Below are positions 9,096 through 19,864 of a stretch of 64,000 bases of DNA, piece after piece (position 1 is the stretch's first letter; each line of letters starts with the position of its first letter). A program made the translations under genes and the position numbers. Source of the stretch: Bdellovibrionales bacterium. Lineage in GTDB: Bacteria > Bdellovibrionota > FAC87 > UBA2466. The stretch lies in NCBI GenBank assembly GCA_005776395.1, contig SXPJ01000103.1, positions 64,695-128,694 on the forward strand, written 5' to 3'. The notes under the pieces were generated by a model. That model was not told where the DNA came from. It searched no databases and saw only the letters and a program-made list of their open reading frames with translations.

Positions 9096-9872
9096 TTAAA
9101 TAACTTTGGCTTCTTCTCTAAGCAATCGAACCAACTCTTTGACTTGAGTTGCAGCATCACCTGCGATTTTTTTGCCCGCGGCCCTTTCAGGAGGAAGTTG
9201 ATAATCTGAATCTAACGTCTTACTGGTTTCTGAGCCCAAGCCTAAGTCTTGAAGAGTGTAAGTTTTGATCTCTTTTTTCTTGGCCTTCATAATTCCGGGT
9301 AAGCTTGCGTAACGAGGGGTGTTGATTCCCTTATTAACTGCAATGACCGCAGGAAGTGAGGTCTCGATAATATTTTTTGCCCCTTCATCACCTTCCTGTT
9401 CTAAAGTCGCTTGGGTTTTATTAAGAGAGATATCGCATTTTACGATAACTGAAGCACTTGGATATTGAAGAAGTTCAGCAACGTAACCGAAAGTTGCGGC
9501 TTGATCATCATCGATTGCCTGTTTACCAGTGAAAATGATTTGAGCATTTTCTTTTTTGCAAACTTCAGCGATGGCTCTTGAAACCAAGTAGGTGTCTAAA
9601 GTCCCGTCTGTTTTAACGTGGACTGCATTATCAGCTCCCATAGCTACCGCAGTTCGTAGAGCTTCAACCGTTCGATCAGGGCCTACCGTAACTACTGTGA
9701 CTGAGCCCTCTTTGAGTCTCTCTTTAGTTTTAAGTCCTTCTTCGATTGCAAATTCATCATAGGGATTAATGATCCACTTGATGTCATTGGTTTCGATATT
9801 ATGTTTATCAGCTGTGATACGAACTTTAGTTTCGGTATCGGGAACCTGTTTAACAAGCACAATAATATTCAT
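9096..9872 (-). CDS. etfB: Electron transfer flavoprotein subunit beta
   Basis: VKQVPDT, INPYDEFAIEE, GKQAIDDD, PRYASLPGIMKAKKK. Confidence 0.97.
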   Translation of the reverse strand: MNIIVLVKQVPDTETKVRITADKHNIETNDIKWIINPYDEFAIEEGLKTKERLKEGSVTVVTVGPDRTVEALRTAVAMGADNAVHVKTDGTLDTYLVSRAIAEVCKKENAQIIFTGKQAIDDDQAATFGYVAELLQYPSASVIVKCDISLNKTQATLEQEGDEGAKNIIETSLPAVIAVNKGINTPRYASLPGIMKAKKKEIKTYTLQDLGLGSETSKTLDSDYQLPPERAAGKKIAGDAATQVKELVRLLREEAKVI

Positions 9873-9892
9873 AGAGTTACCTTTTCTTTAAA

Positions 9893-11041
9893 TTAATCTT
9901 TGAGTAAGTGTCTAGCGATAAGCACTCGTTGAATTTGACTGGTGCCTTCATAGATCTGGACCAATTTCACATCGCGCATAATTTTTTCTACAGGATACTC
10001 TTTGGTGTAACCATAGCCACCGTAGATTTGAACTGCATCTGTAGCGACCTCCATGGCCATGTCTGCAGCATGACGTTTAGCAAGAGCTGAGAAATAACTA
10101 CCTTGCTCGTCTTGCCCCTTATCAATTAGCCAAGCAGCATTATAGCAAAGAAGCCTAGCTGATTCGATTTTAACAGCCATATCTGCCAACATAAACTGGA
10201 TAGCTTGAAAATTTGCGATGGGTTGTCCGAACTGTTTACGTTCTTTGGCGTAATTTTTTGAATAGTTCATTGCGGCTCTGGCTGCGCCTACAGCACCGGC
10301 TGCAATAGGGGTTCGAGTTCGATCAAGGGTTCGCATGGCAATTTTAAAACCTTCACCCATTTTCCCAATTAGATTTTTCTTGGGGACTTGAACATTTTCA
10401 AAGGTGATGGAGCGAGTGTCAGAACATCGCTGTCCAAGTTTATTTTCGTGTTTACCCAATGAAATTCCGGGAAGATTCGCAGGGACTGCTAAACAAATGA
10501 TGCCTTTTGTTTTTAATTCCTTATTTGTGGTGCAAAATACAGTGAACAGATCTGCGTGCCCCGCATTGGTGATCCACATTTTAGAACCATTCAAAATAAA
10601 ATAATCTCCCTCTTCTTTTGCCATCGTAGAGAGCGAACCTGCATCAGAACCAGAACCGGGCTCGGTGAGACAGAAAGAGGCTAGTTTGGGAGAACTTAAA
10701 AAGGGAACCACAAATTCTTCGATTTGAGCCTCGGTGCCACCTAATAAAATCGGATAGAGCCCTAAAGTATTAACTGCGATACTAGTGGTCATCCCTAAAC
10801 AGCCAGCCCCCATCTCTTCATTGATGATGACGTCCCCTAGAACCCCTAATCCTAACCCTCCGAACTTCTCGGGAATCGCGATATTCATTAAGCCGGTTTG
10901 CCAGGCTTTATTGATAATCTCGCGGGGAAATTCGCTTGTTTCATCGTATTTTGCAGCATTAGGAATAATTTCTTGCTGAACAAACTTTCTGACCATATCT
11001 CTTAAGGCTACTTGTTCATCACTTAGGGAAAAATCTAACAT
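9893..11041 (-). CDS. Acyl-CoA dehydrogenase
   Basis: FCLTEPGSGSD, NGSKMWITN, RKQFGQPI, QIYGGYGY, IYEGTSQIQR. Confidence 0.96.
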   Translation of the reverse strand: MLDFSLSDEQVALRDMVRKFVQQEIIPNAAKYDETSEFPREIINKAWQTGLMNIAIPEKFGGLGLGVLGDVIINEEMGAGCLGMTTSIAVNTLGLYPILLGGTEAQIEEFVVPFLSSPKLASFCLTEPGSGSDAGSLSTMAKEEGDYFILNGSKMWITNAGHADLFTVFCTTNKELKTKGIICLAVPANLPGISLGKHENKLGQRCSDTRSITFENVQVPKKNLIGKMGEGFKIAMRTLDRTRTPIAAGAVGAARAAMNYSKNYAKERKQFGQPIANFQAIQFMLADMAVKIESARLLCYNAAWLIDKGQDEQGSYFSALAKRHAADMAMEVATDAVQIYGGYGYTKEYPVEKIMRDVKLVQIYEGTSQIQRVLIARHLLKD

Positions 11042-11162
11042 GGGTAGGGCTCCTGGTTTAATTTTTTTCGCTGTAAGAAAGTATGCGGAAAAGTAGCGCT
11101 TTTCAATAGGTTTTCACTCCCCAGACTCTAGTTTTTCATGGTAATAATAAAGGATTGAATAG

Positions 11163-12761
11163 ATGGGTTTTCGGGACTCCAACGGGAAAGGGGTTTGCGT
11201 GGGAAAAAAGAATGACGCACAGGGTCGGACTGGGCTTTTAATTATTTTGGATGGTTTTGGTATTAATCCAGATAAGCATTTTAATGCCGTAGAAGGGGCT
11301 CAAATGGCCACCTACCGGGAGATTTTAGCAAAGTACCCTCATAGTGAACTTCAAGCCTCTGAGGAAAATGTAGGTCTTCCGAAGGGGTTTATGGGTAACT
11401 CCGAGGTAGGACATCTAAATCTCGGAGCAGGGCGGATTGTTTATCAAGACTTTTCACTGATCAGTAAAGCTATTGAAGAGGGAACTTTTTTTAAAAATAC
11501 AGCTTTCAACGATTTAGCTCAAAAACTAACGGGGGCAGTACGAAAGCATACACTTCATTTGATGGGATTGGTCTCGGATGGAGGGGTCCATAGTCATATC
11601 AGTCATCTATTGGCTCTGCTTCAGTGGGCGAAAAACAAGGGGCTTACCGACGTTAAAATTCATGTTTTTACCGACGGCAGAGACACCTCTCCTACCAGTG
11701 CGAAAAAGTTTGTTTCAGAGCTTGAAAGCTTTTGTCAGGATCTGGGAGTGGGCCGTATTGCTACTATCTCGGGGCGATTTTATGCCATGGATCGTGATTC
11801 CAGATGGGAACGAACTGAAATGGCTTATCAGGCGATTGTGGAAGGAAAAGCTGAGGTCTCTTTTACAAGCGCAAGCCAATTTGTGGATTCACAATATCAA
11901 CAAAACAATACAGATGAATTTATTATTCCAGGTGTAGCTCGAGGGTATCAGGGCATTCAAGATGGAGATGGAGTTATCTTTTTTAATTTCAGATCTGACA
12001 GAGCTCGTCAACTAACTCGCGCCTTAACTCAGAGTGATTTCTCTTTCTGTCGAAGAGAAAAATTCCCGGCTCTCTCGGGCTTTGTTTGTATGACCCCTTA
12101 TGATTCAAGTTTTAAATTGGCGACGGCTTATGAAAAAGCGAAGGTACCTTGGACTTTAGGCGAATTGGTGAGTCAACAAAACTGGAAGCAATTGAGGGTT
12201 GCCGAGACAGAAAAATATGCTCATGTAACCTACTTTTTTAATGGCGGCGATGAGAACTCATTTCAAGGAGAAAATCGAATTTTAATTCCTTCACCAAGAG
12301 AGGTAAAAACTTATGATCTCAAGCCTGAGATGAGTGCATTAGCCGTTACGGAAAAACTTTTATTAGAGCTCGCAACAGGAGCTTATCATTTTGCGGTTGT
12401 GAACTTTGCAAATCCAGATATGGTCGGGCACACAGGAAATTATCCTGCGGCGGTCAAATCTCTAGAGGTGTTAGATGATTGTCTAGCGAGAATCGTCGAC
12501 TGGATAGAGAGCCATTCAGCCTTTGCAATCCTTACTGCGGATCATGGAAACTGCGAAATGATGCAGGATAAAAAAGGGATGCCCATGACAGCTCACACGT
12601 TATTACCAGTTCCCTTTATTCTAATTGACCCCATGCACACAAAAGCCAAACTTAGAAAAGAGGGGAAATTGTGCGATGTAGCACCTACCTTACTTGCTCT
12701 TTGGTCGATTCCTAAGCCTGAAGTGATGACTGGCAGCAGTATGATTGAGTCATTCCAATAG
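11163..12761 (+). CDS. gpmI: 2,3-bisphosphoglycerate-independent phosphoglycerate mutase (start may be GTG 11199)
   Basis: ILDGFG, MGNSEVGH, SDGGVHSH, DGRDT, AETEKYAHVT, TADHGN. Confidence 0.97.
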   Translation: MGFRDSNGKGVCVGKKNDAQGRTGLLIILDGFGINPDKHFNAVEGAQMATYREILAKYPHSELQASEENVGLPKGFMGNSEVGHLNLGAGRIVYQDFSLISKAIEEGTFFKNTAFNDLAQKLTGAVRKHTLHLMGLVSDGGVHSHISHLLALLQWAKNKGLTDVKIHVFTDGRDTSPTSAKKFVSELESFCQDLGVGRIATISGRFYAMDRDSRWERTEMAYQAIVEGKAEVSFTSASQFVDSQYQQNNTDEFIIPGVARGYQGIQDGDGVIFFNFRSDRARQLTRALTQSDFSFCRREKFPALSGFVCMTPYDSSFKLATAYEKAKVPWTLGELVSQQNWKQLRVAETEKYAHVTYFFNGGDENSFQGENRILIPSPREVKTYDLKPEMSALAVTEKLLLELATGAYHFAVVNFANPDMVGHTGNYPAAVKSLEVLDDCLARIVDWIESHSAFAILTADHGNCEMMQDKKGMPMTAHTLLPVPFILIDPMHTKAKLRKEGKLCDVAPTLLALWSIPKPEVMTGSSMIESFQ

Positions 12762-12859
12762 ATTCCCAGTGGGCCCTTGGGTATAATTAAACTAGGCCTA
12801 TCTTTTATTTGCATTTAACCCTTTAGCCTCTCTTTTTTTACAAAAGGTATCTATTTCAT

Positions 12860-14590
12860 ATGTCTGCTGCCGGAAAAAAATTGGGCGAGCTTCTTTTAAA
12901 GCAGGGGCTCATTAAAAAAGAGGATCTAGAGAAAGCTCTAGAGTATCAAGATAAGAATAAAACTCGCATTGGTAACTCCTTGGTTTCTTTGGGCCATATC
13001 AATGAAAAAGTTCTAGCTACTTTTTTAAGCAAACAGTTTGGGATTCCAGCGATTTCTCTTGATGGAGTTAAGGTAGCTGAAGGGGTCGCAGAATTGGTTC
13101 CTCGTTCTCTTTGCGAAAAACATCACATAGTTCCCCTATCGATTGAGGGAAATAAAATAGCGGTGGCAGTAGCAGATCCTTCCAATTTAAATGTATCCGA
13201 TGATATTAGATTTCTCTGTAATTTAGAGCCGCAGATCTATCTTGCAACAGAAGGTGCTATTACCAAGTTAATTGCCAAAGCTTACGATAATATTTCCTCT
13301 TCGCTTCAAGAAGAATTTAACGAAATGGCTGATAGGGAAAACACTCAGGAGGGGGTCGTTCGTCCTAAAGAATCAACTGTGGCAGTGGATTCTGACAATA
13401 TCGAAGACAAGCCAGTTATTCGTTTAATTAACAAGCTTTTTTTGAATGCCATTCAAAAAAAATGTAGTGATATTCATATTGAGCCTTTTGAAAGTTTTGC
13501 GCGAGTCAGATTTAGGATCGATGGTTCACTCTATGAAGTTATGAGATTGCCTCCCCAATTTAAGGCCTCAACTTCCGCTCGGATCAAGGTGATGGCTGAA
13601 TTGGATATTTCTGAGAAAAGATTACCTCAGGATGGAAGAATTCAAGTTAAGACTCGAAATAGTAAATTGGACATTCGTGTTTCTGTTCTTCCCACTATGT
13701 TTGGTGAAAAGGTTGTGATGCGTCTTCTAGATCAGGGGAATAAGACTCCGGATTTGGCAAAAAATGGATTTGAGAAGAGTCAACTTGAGATCTTTAGAAA
13801 AGCTGCGAGTCAGCCTTACGGAATGGTGCTTGTCACAGGACCTACAGGAAGCGGAAAATCTACGACACTTTACGGAGCTCTTTCGGAACTCAATACTCCC
13901 GATGTTAATATTTCTACAGTTGAGGATCCTGTGGAATATAACATGGCTGGAGTGAATCAGACTCAGATGAAAGAGGCCATCGGAATGAACTTTGCTGCGG
14001 CCCTAAGATCTCTATTACGCCAAGATCCCGATATCATCATGGTGGGGGAGATTCGAGATCATGAAACTGCTGAAATAGCCATTAAGGCTTCACTTACGGG
14101 TCATATGGTTTTTTCAACTCTTCATACCAATGATGCTCCAGGAACAATCAGTCGTTTGCTTCATATGGGGCTGGAACCTTTTCTAATTACTGCAGCGCTG
14201 TCATTGATCGAAGCGCAACGATTAATCCGAGTTAACTGCTCTCACTGTCTGGAGCCAGATTCGCGTATTTTAGAGAGCGATCTTTTAATCGCAGAGGTCC
14301 CAGAGGATTGGATGGGAAAATTTTCCCCGATGCGGGGTAAAGGGTGTGATGAATGTGGAAATACAGGCTATGCCGGAAGACGAGGAATCTATGAGGTCAT
14401 GCCCATTTCGGAAACACTTAGAAATTTGATCATTAAGGGATCTAACACAGATACGTTAAAAGAGGCTGCGATTGCAGAAGGGCTCATAACTCTTAGAAAA
14501 AGCGCTTTATTGAAACTTTTTCGAGGAGAGACCACTTTAGAGGAAGTGTTAAATAACTCAAGACCTGATGGAGACTTAATCAAAAAATGA
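12860..14590 (+). CDS. pilB: Type IV pilus assembly ATPase
   Basis: N-terminal MshEN-like KLGELLLKQGLI; SDIHIEP; GPTGSGKST; LRQDPD; CxxC...CxxC zinc motif. Confidence 0.93.
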   Translation: MSAAGKKLGELLLKQGLIKKEDLEKALEYQDKNKTRIGNSLVSLGHINEKVLATFLSKQFGIPAISLDGVKVAEGVAELVPRSLCEKHHIVPLSIEGNKIAVAVADPSNLNVSDDIRFLCNLEPQIYLATEGAITKLIAKAYDNISSSLQEEFNEMADRENTQEGVVRPKESTVAVDSDNIEDKPVIRLINKLFLNAIQKKCSDIHIEPFESFARVRFRIDGSLYEVMRLPPQFKASTSARIKVMAELDISEKRLPQDGRIQVKTRNSKLDIRVSVLPTMFGEKVVMRLLDQGNKTPDLAKNGFEKSQLEIFRKAASQPYGMVLVTGPTGSGKSTTLYGALSELNTPDVNISTVEDPVEYNMAGVNQTQMKEAIGMNFAAALRSLLRQDPDIIMVGEIRDHETAEIAIKASLTGHMVFSTLHTNDAPGTISRLLHMGLEPFLITAALSLIEAQRLIRVNCSHCLEPDSRILESDLLIAEVPEDWMGKFSPMRGKGCDECGNTGYAGRRGIYEVMPISETLRNLIIKGSNTDTLKEAAIAEGLITLRKSALLKLFRGETTLEEVLNNSRPDGDLIKK

Positions 14591-15666
14591 TCACTTTACC
14601 TCAACTGCTTAAGGTTATGCTCGAATACAAGGCCTCTGATATGCACCTATCAGCGGGATCTCCCCCTAGTTTTCGGGTGTTTGGTTCTATAAGTCGGGCA
14701 AAGCTTACTGCCTTAACGGGTTCTGAGACAAAAGAACTCTGTTACTCGGTTCTAACTGAGGCACAAAAAGCTCAATTTGAAGAGAAACGGCAAATTGATC
14801 TCTCTTTTGGAGTCCGAGAGCTAGGGCGTTTCAGGGTCAATATTTTCTATCAAAGAGGAACCATATCCGGGGCTTTTCGTTACATCCCTTTTGAAATTCC
14901 AAAACTTGCAACCTTGGGATTGCCTACAGTAATTAACAGTCTAATCATGAAACCTAAAGGATTGATTCTAGTCACCGGGACTACGGGTTGTGGCAAATCG
15001 ACCACTTTAGCTTCTCTAGTAAATGAACTCAACGAGACTCAACGACTTCATGTGATTACCATTGAGGATCCAATCGAGTACATACATTCGCACTCTAAAA
15101 GTTTAATCAATCAACGAGAGATTGGGGGAGATGCGATAAGCTATCCTGATGCAGTCAAAGCAGCTCTTAGAGAAGATCCAGATGTAGTTCTGATAGGAGA
15201 GATGCGAGACCGAGAGACGATGGAGACCGCGTTAACGTTAGCAGAGACAGGCCATTTGGTATTTAGTACTCTTCATACCAATGGCGCCTATCAGACGATT
15301 AATCGTATTGTTCAAGCCTTTCCTGCAGATTATCAGGAACAGGTTCGGTTACAATTATCTTTAGTTCTCGAGGGGATTTTATCTCAGGTGCTTTTAGAAA
15401 AAGCAGACAAAAAGGGGCGAGCTCTTGCGATTGAATTGATGGTTGCTAATAATTCAATACGAAATTTGATTCGTGAAAATAAAATATTTCAAATTCCTTC
15501 AGCTATGAGAGCGGGGCAAAATACGACTGGAATGATTACCCTGAATCAAAGTTTAATGAGTTTGGTGGCTGAACGATTTGTGACCTGTGAGAAAGCGCTG
15601 GAAGCCTCTCCAGATGCTGAAGAGTTAACAAAAATGATTGTGGCCTTCGAAAGAGAAGCGAGCTAG
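14587..15666 (+). CDS. pilT: Type IV pilus retraction ATPase
   Basis: ASDMHL, GTTGCGKST, TIEDPIE, ALREDPD, AETGHLV, IRNLIRE motif. Confidence 0.92.
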   Translation: MITLPQLLKVMLEYKASDMHLSAGSPPSFRVFGSISRAKLTALTGSETKELCYSVLTEAQKAQFEEKRQIDLSFGVRELGRFRVNIFYQRGTISGAFRYIPFEIPKLATLGLPTVINSLIMKPKGLILVTGTTGCGKSTTLASLVNELNETQRLHVITIEDPIEYIHSHSKSLINQREIGGDAISYPDAVKAALREDPDVVLIGEMRDRETMETALTLAETGHLVFSTLHTNGAYQTINRIVQAFPADYQEQVRLQLSLVLEGILSQVLLEKADKKGRALAIELMVANNSIRNLIRENKIFQIPSAMRAGQNTTGMITLNQSLMSLVAERFVTCEKALEASPDAEELTKMIVAFEREAS

Positions 15667-15675
15667 AGAAATTTC

Positions 15676-16890
15676 ATGAAATTTCAATACAAAGGATTAT
15701 CAAGAAGTCGTGAAAAGGTTGCGGGTGTCATAGAAGCGCAGGATGAAATAGAGGCAAGAATTCGCCTACGTACTATGCAAATTCGTCCTTCTAGTGTGGA
15801 AAAAGAAAGAACATCATTATTCAAAAATCAAGGAGTTAATTTTTCATTAGGAAGTCCGGTAAAACTAAAAAGCTTAATCATCTTTTCTCGTCAATTGTCC
15901 TCTTTAGTTGATTCGGGGGTTTCGATAGTTAGGGCTGTTGAGTTGCTCGAGGAGCAAGAGGTGAATAAGAGATTTAAAAAGATCTTACAGAACGTAAAGA
16001 TCTCTATTGAGTCCGGGGGAACGCTCGCTGGAGCCTTGGAGAAGTATCCGGAAGTTTTTAGTGATTTTTTTGTTAGAATTATTGAGGCTGGAGAACTATC
16101 TGGAACTTTGGATAAGTCGTTAAAAAGTATTGGTATTCAGTTGGAAAAATTAGCTAAGATAAAAGCAAAAGTTATCAAAGCTCTTACCTATCCGGCAATC
16201 ACTTTGCTTGCATCTTGTGGAGCGGTCATCTTTCTTCTCCTTAAAGTGATTCCTGAGATATCTAAACTTTATGGAAGCTCAAAGTTACCTGAAATCACTC
16301 TTTTTGTGTTGGATCTATCGGGTTGGATTCAGTCCCATTTTATAAATATTATAGGTGTGGCGGTAGCTATTCCCTTTGGATTTGTTTTTTTGTATCGAAG
16401 ACCTGAATTTAGAGAGGTTTGGGACCCTATTGTCTTGAGAATGCCTCTTTTTGGGGCGTTAGCTGTGCGTTCGTCTGTCGCGAGATTTTCAAGAACCCTG
16501 TCTACTTTGGTAGCTAGCGGTGTACCTCTATTAACGGGATTTGAGATTTGCGCTAAGGTAATCACTAATCGTGCTTTGAAAAAGAGTATTCAACAGGCTT
16601 CCAATGCAGTTAGTGAAGGAAAAAGTATTGTCGATGGACTTTCTAAGGGGGGCCATTTTCCTCCTATGGTCCTTCATATGGTTAGTATCGGTGAGATGAC
16701 CGGTCGATTAGATGAACTTCTAGGAAAAGTGGCTGAGATCTACGATGATGAGGTTGATAATACTGTGGATGCAATCACAGGTCTGCTTCAACCGCTTCTT
16801 ATTATGGGGGTCGGTGCTATTATTTTATTCCTGATGATTGCTATGTATATGCCGATCTTTAGTCTCGGAGACAAAATAAGCGCGGGGTAA
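15676..16890 (+). CDS. pilC: Type IV pilus inner-membrane platform protein (GspF family)
   Basis: FSRQLSSLVDSG, AGELSGTLD, ALTYP, GEMTGRLD, AMYMPIF. Confidence 0.93.
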   Translation: MKFQYKGLSRSREKVAGVIEAQDEIEARIRLRTMQIRPSSVEKERTSLFKNQGVNFSLGSPVKLKSLIIFSRQLSSLVDSGVSIVRAVELLEEQEVNKRFKKILQNVKISIESGGTLAGALEKYPEVFSDFFVRIIEAGELSGTLDKSLKSIGIQLEKLAKIKAKVIKALTYPAITLLASCGAVIFLLLKVIPEISKLYGSSKLPEITLFVLDLSGWIQSHFINIIGVAVAIPFGFVFLYRRPEFREVWDPIVLRMPLFGALAVRSSVARFSRTLSTLVASGVPLLTGFEICAKVITNRALKKSIQQASNAVSEGKSIVDGLSKGGHFPPMVLHMVSIGEMTGRLDELLGKVAEIYDDEVDNTVDAITGLLQPLLIMGVGAIILFLMIAMYMPIFSLGDKISAG

Positions 16891-16900
16891 GCCATTCTAT

Positions 16901-18664
16901 ATGTTAAGCACTGTTAAAAAGATTAAACATCAAGTGGGCCTTACGGTTCCAGGTTATTTTGGAATGGGGGAGGCCTTTAATTGGATGTTGCTGGCTAGAA
17001 TTAGTGTCTTATTTGTAATTTTATTTATCCTTCTAACAAGAAATGTTTTTGCGAAAACGGCTATGAACGAATTGGCCTTTCAGCAAGGATTATCCCTAGT
17101 CTGTTGTAGTTTTGCTATTACGTTTCTCCAGTCCTCTATTCTTAATAAAATTCAAATCAACTGGGGTTGGGTAGGTTTTAATATCGCATTTGATGCTGTA
17201 TTGACGGGTGTTTGGATTGCCTTAGGGCAGAAAGCTGAGAGTGTTTTTCCTCTTTTTTACTTGATTCAGATTCTTATCGTTTCTCTGACCTTTTATCAGC
17301 GGGGTGCCTGGATCTCTAGTTTTGCTTCGGTGATCTCTTTTGGAATTGTTACTTTCTGGAAGTTAACAGGGGAGTCGGGAGCCTTTTTTTTGTGGGGAAC
17401 CTATTCTACTATCTTTATTATTCTTGGGCTTGTGGGTGGGTTTTTAAGTGAAGAGCTAAGAAGAACTTCAGAGACTCTTAAGAAAAAAACGGTTGAGGTT
17501 GAAAAATTAACCGCTTTTCAGGAGAGAATTATTTCGGAAATCCCCACGGGGTTACTAACTGTTGATCATGAAATGAATTTGAATTTTATTAATCCAGCAG
17601 CAGAGCATATTTTGGGGGTGTTGGCGAGAGATGTTATTGGAAAACCATTAGAACAGTTAAGTAAAGAGTTGATGCCATTTTTTACACAGATAGAGTCACA
17701 AGAAATTCTTGAAGAGGAAGAGGTTGCAGATTCTCGTGAAACATCTGTTTCTGCTACGGGTAGCGAATTTCATCGTAGTGTGTTTTTGAAAGCTAAATCG
17801 GAAACGGGTGGACAGGCTCGTCTACAACAGACGGTAGAGATCGGAGTAGGCACCTCTAAACGTACACTGAGAGGAGATGTAGCTGAGATTGAAGTGGAAT
17901 CAGGGATGGGAAGATTACTTCAAACCGAAGCTAAGGGAGGAAGAGTTCTTTTGTTTCAGGATGTAACTAAGATTGTTCATCTTGAGGATAAATTAAAGCA
18001 GAATGAAAAACTGGCCGCTGTGGGACAACTAGCTGCAGGTATTGCACACGAGATAAGAAATCCTTTAGCCAGCATGTCTGCAAGTATTGAATTGTTAAAA
18101 GAGGCTGAGGAGTGGACAGATCCCGAAAATAAAAAACTCATGGAAATAACTCTTAAGGAAATTGATCGTTTGAATGGCTTGATTTCTGAGTTCCTTGACT
18201 TTGTTAAACCTGAAAAATTCAAAGTTAAAGAGATGGCACTTGAAGTTTTACTAGGAGATATTATTACGGTGGCAGCTGGAACAAAAGAGATCAAAGAGAG
18301 TGCTGAAATTAAAACCAATCTTAAATCTTGTAAGGCGCTAGCCAATGGGGAAAAACTAAGCCAAGTTATATGGAATCTTTTATTGAATGCTTCACAAGCG
18401 ATGTCCAAGAGAGGGATTATTGAAGTGGGATGTGAAGCTGTGAGCCCTCAGCGAGTTAAGTGGTGGGTTTCAGACACTGGAGATGGAATGACAGATGAGG
18501 TGTTGGCCCATATTTATGAGCCCTTTTTTACAACCAAAGCTAAAGGGACCGGTTTAGGTCTTCCGACAGCTTATAAAATCATTGAAGCTCATCATGGAGA
18601 AATCAAGGTGACTTCAGTTCATGGGAAAGGAACCTGCTTTGAAGTTTTTTTACCTAGAGCTTAG
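16901..18664 (+). CDS. pilS: PilS-like membrane sensor histidine kinase with PAS domain
   Basis: About 6 TM helices, PAS (IPTGLLTVD...INPAAE), H-box AHEIRNPL, N/G/F boxes; position after pilC as in deltaproteobacterial pil loci. Confidence 0.8.
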   Translation: MLSTVKKIKHQVGLTVPGYFGMGEAFNWMLLARISVLFVILFILLTRNVFAKTAMNELAFQQGLSLVCCSFAITFLQSSILNKIQINWGWVGFNIAFDAVLTGVWIALGQKAESVFPLFYLIQILIVSLTFYQRGAWISSFASVISFGIVTFWKLTGESGAFFLWGTYSTIFIILGLVGGFLSEELRRTSETLKKKTVEVEKLTAFQERIISEIPTGLLTVDHEMNLNFINPAAEHILGVLARDVIGKPLEQLSKELMPFFTQIESQEILEEEEVADSRETSVSATGSEFHRSVFLKAKSETGGQARLQQTVEIGVGTSKRTLRGDVAEIEVESGMGRLLQTEAKGGRVLLFQDVTKIVHLEDKLKQNEKLAAVGQLAAGIAHEIRNPLASMSASIELLKEAEEWTDPENKKLMEITLKEIDRLNGLISEFLDFVKPEKFKVKEMALEVLLGDIITVAAGTKEIKESAEIKTNLKSCKALANGEKLSQVIWNLLLNASQAMSKRGIIEVGCEAVSPQRVKWWVSDTGDGMTDEVLAHIYEPFFTTKAKGTGLGLPTAYKIIEAHHGEIKVTSVHGKGTCFEVFLPRA

Positions 18665-19799
18665 AACAATGGCTTTAACAGTTTGTTTAATGGCGGGGCT
18701 GAACTCTAATATATCTATTTCTGCCGAGCCAGAATTAACTGAGTTACCTGAATTGCCTACATCTTCGAAGAAGGAAGAATTATCAGCTCCTAAAATGGAG
18801 AATGAGACTTCGGGCGCTAATGGAGTGGAATCTATCCCTTTTCCCAAAGCAAAAGAAGAGGAGCTATCTCCCTCTAATAGTTTAGGATTTAATATTCGTA
18901 TTGATACAGCTTATTCTGGGGGCGGAGCTGTTTATCAAGGCTTTTCAATTCCTTCAATTCGTCTTTCTGGATTTGGTGAAGTAGATAAGTATCTTAACTA
19001 TCGTTTGTCTTTCGGACAGACTCGAGAATTTTCAACTGCAAGTTTAGCTCAAATTTTACCAGTTGAAGCATTTGTAGTATTAAGTCTCAATCCTAACTCG
19101 ACTGAAACTTATTCAAATCTAAAACTTAAAGTTGGTTTATTTTCTCCCTCTTTTAATCCGGTTTGGACACCTGATCTTAGCTATTTAAATATTCCAGATT
19201 TCAATGAAACTCATCGAGCTCTTTTCTTATCTAGAGAGGTTGGAGCCGAGTTAATGTTTGAGCCTTTTAATAAAGTCTTAGAAATGGGGGTCGGTGCTTT
19301 TAATGGAACGGGTGTTTTTGCACAAAACACCAATAATGCAAAAGCTTTTACTGCCTATCTTAAACTCAATATTCAAATGCAAAAATGGAACTTCTCATTG
19401 GGAACAGGAAATTATTTCTTAAATCAAGCTAGTCTTGGAAGTATTAACTATAAATCCACGAGAGTCTCTGATGTGTTTTTGAATATCGAAATTCCACATT
19501 GGAATACTCAGTTTGTTATTGATGGTTTTACCGCTCAATTTGATGATAGCGTTAGTGGAATAGCTCCGTTAGGAGGGGCGGCAGTGTTAAGTCTTGGGAT
19601 TACTTCTTGGTTGGGTTTATTTGGTAGATATGAATATGCCACAAAGTCTCCCGTGCTTAGTGGATGTATTAGGCAATTCCAAATTGGGCCTGAAATCTAT
19701 TTTAACCCCAGTGTTAAATCTTTTATTACCTTCACCGAGCTTGAGGCCGGTGGAAGCAAGGAGAAGACGCTTATGGTCAGGTTGAGATTGTCCATTTGA
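18621..19799 (+). CDS. Putative outer-membrane beta-barrel/porin (start possibly 18669)
   Basis: Acidic Pro-rich N-terminal linker, amphipathic beta strands, GAFNGTG...NNAKAF segment, terminal strand MVRLRLSI. Confidence 0.6.
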   Translation: MGKEPALKFFYLELRTMALTVCLMAGLNSNISISAEPELTELPELPTSSKKEELSAPKMENETSGANGVESIPFPKAKEEELSPSNSLGFNIRIDTAYSGGGAVYQGFSIPSIRLSGFGEVDKYLNYRLSFGQTREFSTASLAQILPVEAFVVLSLNPNSTETYSNLKLKVGLFSPSFNPVWTPDLSYLNIPDFNETHRALFLSREVGAELMFEPFNKVLEMGVGAFNGTGVFAQNTNNAKAFTAYLKLNIQMQKWNFSLGTGNYFLNQASLGSINYKSTRVSDVFLNIEIPHWNTQFVIDGFTAQFDDSVSGIAPLGGAAVLSLGITSWLGLFGRYEYATKSPVLSGCIRQFQIGPEIYFNPSVKSFITFTELEAGGSKEKTLMVRLRLSI

Positions 19800-19864
19800 C
19801 CCAATGTGCGGTCGTGAGATTTATCAAAAGGACCGATAAGGATGTGAGGAGATCTACTTCTTAT

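Noticed and set aside
16359..16367. ops-like GGCGGTAGC
   Set aside because: Inside pilC coding sequence, not in a leader of the polysaccharide genes.
17977..18408. 143-aa antisense ORF, and similar short shadow ORFs across the window
   Set aside because: They lie within well-supported genes and have no recognisable motifs.
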